NCBI GenBank assembly: GCA_963695545.1
Contig: OY968796.1
Span: forward strand, 1-64,000
Direction of reading: 5' to 3'
Length of the DNA stretch: 64,000 nt
Source: Terriglobia bacterium
Lineage (GTDB): Bacteria; Acidobacteriota; Terriglobia; Acidiferrales; UBA7541
Shown here: piece by piece, positions 58,930 through 64,000 of the stretch
Layout of the letters: each line of letters opens with the position of its first letter
How positions within the stretch are numbered: position 1 is the first letter of the stretch
The notes under the pieces: model-generated
Database searches by the model: none
What the model was told of the DNA's origin: nothing
Seen by the model: the letters and a program-made list of their open reading frames with translations, nothing else
Program-made: the position numbers and the translations under genes

Positions 58930-59328
58930 TCAATCCGTCCTCGCGGTGGGAAGCAACGCCACCAGAGTGTAAATCCCCAGAGTTGTGCCCAGCGGAATAT
59001 TCGAGAGCGACAAAACTCCCGCGATCAGCGCGAGCATTCGCGCCGAACGCCCGCCATTCAGAAGCGCCAATCCGGCCATGATCCCCACCACGCCGCACAC
59101 CACCGCCAGCGCGATCGCTCCCAGATACACAATATGAAAAATATCCATCAGCGTGAACGGATCAGCCACGCGGCTCAGCAGCGCGCCGAACATCATCGTC
59201 GCCGTGCCGGCATAGACGAACATCCCGACCGCCGCGATCAAGCGCAACAGTCCGTAAAATATCCAAACGATTCCCAAGCTCCGGAATCGTCCACTCGTGT
59301 TCCCGCCAGCGAAACCATTCGGTGTCAT
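58930..59328 (-). CDS. Membrane protein
   Basis: Hydrophobic segments, IPLGTTLGIYTL. Confidence 0.75.
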   Translation of the reverse strand: MTPNGFAGGNTSGRFRSLGIVWIFYGLLRLIAAVGMFVYAGTATMMFGALLSRVADPFTLMDIFHIVYLGAIALAVVCGVVGIMAGLALLNGGRSARMLALIAGVLSLSNIPLGTTLGIYTLVALLPTARTD

Positions 59329-59442
59329 CGTCGGCCTCTTCGGAGTGCCTCTGCCTCCTTAGATGCCGGTTCATGCCCCATTCGTGACCGAGCGCATTCA
59401 CAATCTTCCAATAGCGCGATCGCGAGTTTCGCGATGAGTTCG

Positions 59443-61881
59443 CTATTCGTAGCGCAGCGCGACCATCGGATCCACGCGCGTCGCTCTCCGCGCCGGAAAA
59501 TAACACGCCGCGCAGCCCACCACGAGCAACACCGCCGTCACCCCTCCGAGCGTCACCGGATCGTGTGGCGAAACATTCCACAATTGGCTGGCGATCGCGC
59601 GCGTCGCGCCCCAGCTCGCCAGCAATCCCACGCCCACGCCCAAAGCGACGAGCTGCAGCCCCATCCACATCACCATGCGCAGCACGTTCGCGCGCCCCGC
59701 GCCCAGCGCCATGCGAATCCCAATTTCGTGCGTCTGCCTCGAAACCGTGTAAGCCGTCACGCTGTAAACCCCCAGCGCAACCAGCACGAGCCCCACGCCC
59801 GCAAAAATTCCCAGCAAGGTCAGACTGAATCGCGGCCCCGAATACGAAAACTGCTTGAGGTAATCCGTCAGGCTCCCCGTCAGCGTCAGCGCCACGTTGC
59901 GATCCACCGCCCAAATTTGATCTCGCACCGGATTCAGCAAAAGCATCGGGTCGCGCGACGTCCTCACCAGAATTCCGCGTTCGTACGCACCGGTTATGGT
60001 GTACGGAATAAAAATCTCGGGCCTGATAGGATCTTGGATCCCGGAATCTTTTTCATCCGCGGTGACGCCGACAATCTCGAACGTCGGATCAACAACGGGA
60101 TCCGGCTTCAGCGTGGCCAGCTCGTTGATTATAATTTCGCGGCCGATGGGATCATCGGTTCCGAAATATTTCGTCACCAAGGTTTGATTCACCACGGCCA
60201 CTTTGCGCGCGTCATTCACGTCCACGTTGGAAAGCAATCGCCCGCGCATCAACCGCAAGCCCAGCGTGGGGAAATATCCTTCGCTGCAAACTTGAAATAT
60301 CGCGCGCCAATCGTCGGTATGAACCTTGCCCGGAATGTCGACGGTGGTTCCAATGCCGCCGTACGGCGGCAACGTGCTCGTTTCCGTGGCCGCCACCACG
60401 CCCGGCAGCGCGTACAGCCGCGCCAACAACGCGCTGAAAAATTGCTGCTTTTCCGCCGCCGTCGTGTACTGGCCCTTCGGAAACGGCAGGCGCGCCACCA
60501 AAATATTTGTCGGATCGAAGCCAAGATCCGCATCGGCAAGCTTTACGAATGTGTGCATCATCACGCCGGCGCCGGCGAGCAGAACCAGCGACAGCGCGAC
60601 CTCAACCACAACCAGGACGCTGCGCAATTTTCCACGCCGGAATCCGCCGCTGACGCCCCGCCCAGAATCTTTCAACGGTTCGACAATGTCGCGTTTCGCC
60701 GCCTGCAGCGCGGGCACCAGGCCGAACGGCATCGCCGTAGCCACCGCGATGCCCAGCGTGAAGAGCAGCACCGGCACATTCAGGCCAATCACGCTTTCGT
60801 GAGGAATCGCGCCGTCGGGAATCGCCCTCACAATTCCTTTGATTCCGCCATATGCGAACAGGCACCCAACCGCCGCGCCGCCAAGCGCCAACAGAAAACT
60901 TTCGATCAGCAATTGGCGGATAATTCTCCATCGGCTCGCGCCCATCGCCGCGCGAATCGCGATTTCCTTTTCGCGCGCGGTGGCTTGCGCCAGCAACATG
61001 TTCGCGACGTTGCTGCATGCGATCAACAGCAGCAGACCCACAGCCGCGGCCAGCGCATACAGCGTGCCGCGAAAGTCTCCGACCACGCTGTCCGCCAGCG
61101 GGATGATGTGCACGCTGAATTGCTTGGGATAATTTTTCGGATACACTTGCGTGAGGCGCAGCGCGATTCCATTCAGTTCCGCTTCCGCTTGGCGCGGAGT
61201 GACGCCCGGTTTCAAAAGTCCCTGAAAGTTGAAGTACAGGTTCGCCAGTTGCGGATCGGCGCGGTCCATCGCCACCGGCCTCCACAAATCCGTGCCCAGC
61301 TTCGTGAAGCGCGGCGGCATGATCCCCACCAGCGTCGTTGGCACTTCGTTCAGCACGAAACTTCGGCCGACGATCGACGGATCTTGGCCAAAAAACTTCA
61401 CCCACATTTTGTAGCTCATGGCGAAAACCGGTGTCGCGCCCGGCTTCACGTCGTCGGGCGTGGGATTGCGTCCGATCATCGCCGGCACACCCAGAAAGTC
61501 GAACGTGTTTGGAGTTACCACGCCGCCGTCGAATTGCTGCGTGCCTGCCGCGGAAGTGTAAAGGACATCCTCATTCGCGCCGCCGATCTCTTCCTGAAAT
61601 GAATGGGTCTGCTCGGCGTAGTCGATGAACTCAGGACCTTGAAAATAACGGCGGCTGTCATTGACGTGGGTATCGCTCGTGTCGTGGATCCCCAACGCGA
61701 CGATCTGGTTGCCGTGCTTGTAAGGAAAGGGATTCAGCAGAACGTTGTCGATAACGCTGAACATCGCGGTGGACGCGCCGATACCGATGCCCAGCGTAAC
61801 GATGGCAATCGCCGTGAATCCGCGCTTCTTCAGCAGCATCCGCGCGGCGTAGCGGAAATCCTTCGCCAGTCCTTCGAGCAC
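59443..61881 (-). CDS. ADOP-type duplicated ABC permease
   Basis: DFRYAARML..GFT, two FtsX halves, VDPMVALRYE. Confidence 0.92.
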   Translation of the reverse strand: MLEGLAKDFRYAARMLLKKRGFTAIAIVTLGIGIGASTAMFSVIDNVLLNPFPYKHGNQIVALGIHDTSDTHVNDSRRYFQGPEFIDYAEQTHSFQEEIGGANEDVLYTSAAGTQQFDGGVVTPNTFDFLGVPAMIGRNPTPDDVKPGATPVFAMSYKMWVKFFGQDPSIVGRSFVLNEVPTTLVGIMPPRFTKLGTDLWRPVAMDRADPQLANLYFNFQGLLKPGVTPRQAEAELNGIALRLTQVYPKNYPKQFSVHIIPLADSVVGDFRGTLYALAAAVGLLLLIACSNVANMLLAQATAREKEIAIRAAMGASRWRIIRQLLIESFLLALGGAAVGCLFAYGGIKGIVRAIPDGAIPHESVIGLNVPVLLFTLGIAVATAMPFGLVPALQAAKRDIVEPLKDSGRGVSGGFRRGKLRSVLVVVEVALSLVLLAGAGVMMHTFVKLADADLGFDPTNILVARLPFPKGQYTTAAEKQQFFSALLARLYALPGVVAATETSTLPPYGGIGTTVDIPGKVHTDDWRAIFQVCSEGYFPTLGLRLMRGRLLSNVDVNDARKVAVVNQTLVTKYFGTDDPIGREIIINELATLKPDPVVDPTFEIVGVTADEKDSGIQDPIRPEIFIPYTITGAYERGILVRTSRDPMLLLNPVRDQIWAVDRNVALTLTGSLTDYLKQFSYSGPRFSLTLLGIFAGVGLVLVALGVYSVTAYTVSRQTHEIGIRMALGAGRANVLRMVMWMGLQLVALGVGVGLLASWGATRAIASQLWNVSPHDPVTLGGVTAVLLVVGCAACYFPARRATRVDPMVALRYE

Positions 61882-62052
61882 GAAGCCCCCTTTTGGTTGG
61901 TCTTAGCTAGAGACGCCAAGTGCGCAGAGAATGTTCCCTCGCGCTGTCGATTCCTGGTCCGCTGATGCCTGTCTTGGTGCGGCGTACGCCTACGTGAGTT
62001 TCGTGTGAGTTAGACGCGGCGTGAAAGAAATTGGCTTGCTGCCAACCGCGGA

Positions 62053-63633
62053 TTAAATTGCGGGCAGCTTCTCCGCCACCAGCTTGGCTTGCAGAAACAG
62101 CAGCAAATAATCGCGTCCGCCGGCCTTGGAGTCCGTCCCTGACATATTGAATCCGCCGAAAGGATGTCCGCCGACCATCGCTCCCGTGCACTTGCGATTG
62201 AAATAAAGATTTCCCACGTGGAAACTCTCGCGCGCCTTCTCGAGCTTCTTCGGATTGCGCGAATAGACCGCGCCTGTCAAACCAAACTCCGTATCGTTCG
62301 CGATATCGAGAGCATCATCGAAATCTCGCGCGCGAATCACCGCCAGCACTGGCCCGAAAATTTCCTCCTGCTCGATGCGCGCTCGCGGCGCGACATCGGC
62401 GATCACCGTCGGCTCGATAAAATATCCATCGCCCGCCGCGCGTCCGCCGCCCGTGATCAATCGCCCTTCCTTCTTCCCCACTTCGATGTAATCGAGAATC
62501 GTTTTCATCGCCGATTGATTGATCACCGGGCCCATGAAGTTCGCGGCGTCATCGGCTTCGCCCACGCGCATTTTCTTCACGCGCTCGGTCAGCTTCGCGA
62601 GAAACGCGTCATACACATCTCCCGCGACAATCGCGCGCGAACACGCCGAGCACTTCTGGCCCTGATAACCGAACGCCGAAACCGCCACGCCTTCCACGGC
62701 CGCATCCAGATCCGCTTCGCTATCCACGATGATCGCGTCCTTCCCTCCCATCTCGAGCACCGTGCGCTTGATCCAGATCTGTCCCGGCTGCGCCTTCGCC
62801 GCCAATTCCCCAATGTGCAGACCGACTTCTTTCGATCCCGTGAACGCCACAAATCGAGTTTTCGGGCGCTGCACCAGCGTGTCGCCGATCGCACCGCCCG
62901 CGCCCGGACAAAATTGCACCGCGTTCGCCGGCACGCCGGCTTCGCGCAGCAATTCGCAGAATTTGTATGCGATGGTCGGCGCGTCGCTTGAAGGTTTCAA
63001 CACCACCGTGTTTCCCGTCACCAGCGCCGCCGCCGTCATCCCGCCCATAATCGCCGCCGCAAAATTCCACGGCGGAATCACGATGCCCACGCCCAGCGGA
63101 ATATACGTGAGATTATTTCTCTCACCTTTGACGGGCGTCACCGCTTGCGGCCCGGCAAGGCGCAGCATTTCGCGCGCATAAAAATCGCAGAAGTCGATGA
63201 GCTCGGCCACATCGGCATCAGATTCCGGGGCGGTTTTGCCCGTCTCAAACGTAAGCCAGGCTTCAAACTCGAATTTCCGCTCGCGCAGCAAGCGCACCGC
63301 GCGGAAAATAATCTCCGCTCTTTCGGCCGCCGGCAGGCGCTTCCACTTCTCGAATTCAAGCGCCGCCTCTTCCACCGCGCGTTTCGCCAGTTCCACCGTA
63401 GCCTTCGAGAAAATCCCCACCACGCGCGAAGGCTTCGATGGATCGAGCGATCGCAGCTTTTCCGGCGTCTCGATCGCGTGTCCGCCAATCCACAGCGGAT
63501 ACTCGCGCCCCAATTCGGCGCGCACTTTGCCCAGCGCCGCGTCGATCGCCGCGCGATTCTCGGGCTTCGAGAAATCCGTCAGCGGTTCATTCGCGAATTC
63601 CCCGCGCCCAGCAAATGTTTCAGCAGAAGCCAT
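62053..63633 (-). CDS. pruA: 1-pyrroline-5-carboxylate dehydrogenase
   Basis: FANEP, PWNF, LEMGGKD, GQKCSACS, EEIFGP, GTDSKAGG. Confidence 0.92.
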   Translation of the reverse strand: MASAETFAGRGEFANEPLTDFSKPENRAAIDAALGKVRAELGREYPLWIGGHAIETPEKLRSLDPSKPSRVVGIFSKATVELAKRAVEEAALEFEKWKRLPAAERAEIIFRAVRLLRERKFEFEAWLTFETGKTAPESDADVAELIDFCDFYAREMLRLAGPQAVTPVKGERNNLTYIPLGVGIVIPPWNFAAAIMGGMTAAALVTGNTVVLKPSSDAPTIAYKFCELLREAGVPANAVQFCPGAGGAIGDTLVQRPKTRFVAFTGSKEVGLHIGELAAKAQPGQIWIKRTVLEMGGKDAIIVDSEADLDAAVEGVAVSAFGYQGQKCSACSRAIVAGDVYDAFLAKLTERVKKMRVGEADDAANFMGPVINQSAMKTILDYIEVGKKEGRLITGGGRAAGDGYFIEPTVIADVAPRARIEQEEIFGPVLAVIRARDFDDALDIANDTEFGLTGAVYSRNPKKLEKARESFHVGNLYFNRKCTGAMVGGHPFGGFNMSGTDSKAGGRDYLLLFLQAKLVAEKLPAI

Positions 63634-63829
63634 AAGTAGATTCTCTCCAGGAAACTCGCGGTAAGTCGCAGCGCGCGGCCCGCGCGCCAATTGTTATTTT
63701 AGCGTGCCCCAGACAAACGCTACAAGCAGGCGACTGCAAATGCCGCATCGCGCGAGACGGGCGAGTATGATACAAACCATGCGTAACGAACACGATTGCC
63801 TGCGCAACATCAACCCGGGAGGGCGAACA

Positions 63830-64000
63830 ATGAAGGCACGCACTGCATTTGTGGGTCTGGCTCTCGCCCTTTTGTGGGCATTTGGCGGCGTATCGGCGCT
63901 GCACGCGGCGACCAAAGTGAAAAATCCCAGGAGGGCCACGGTGGAAACCAGCGAATACGGAAAACTTGCGGACGGCACGCCGGTGCAACTCTTCACGCTC
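63830..64000 (+). CDS. Aldose 1-epimerase-like protein, N-terminus (partial)
   Basis: GGAGG RBS, signal peptide, YGKLADGTPVQLFTL. Confidence 0.65.
   Translation, partial: MKARTAFVGLALALLWAFGGVSALHAATKVKNPRRATVETSEYGKLADGTPVQLFTL

Noticed and set aside
58795..61602. 935-aa plus-strand ORF
   Set aside because: Antisense shadow of the ADOP permease in GC-rich DNA; Arg/His-rich composition with no motifs.

Overview
High-GC bacterial chromosome segment, most likely Acidobacteriota (ADOP-type ABC permease, overall gene set). Positions 1-21 kb are a tRNA-Pro(TGG) integration hotspot. Left of the tRNA (4220-4296) is the end of an ICE-like element: VirD4-like coupling protein, VirB11/CpaF ATPase, RepB-type primase, excisionase and tyrosine integrase. 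Right of it is a ~16 kb island (attR 20163-20211). It carries an intact integrase, Xis, an RHH-like regulator, a 131-bp branched inverted repeat and two wHTH/Replic_Relax-like genes. Its cargo looks defence-like: two TA pairs, a Ser/Thr kinase with a conserved TPR array, DUF3800 plus a 2TM protein, a large PIN-like protein, IS3 and recombinase remnants. A degenerate third tRNA fragment at 21026-21068 marks an older relic island. The rest is mostly core-like: EAL protein, cyclase-kinase-SPOR fusion, YfiR/TonB receptor, RecQ, sugar genes, ABC transporters, ClC, a two-component system, tRNA-His, GH28 with an in-frame TAG, malic enzyme, PPi-type PEPCK and P5C dehydrogenase. A ~160 bp palindromic AT-rich repeat occurs twice, each time after a TA operon and a sigma70-like promoter. 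Many single-base frameshifts in 1-11 kb may be read errors. No CRISPR array or rRNA was seen. All family calls come from motif recognition by eye, not database searches.
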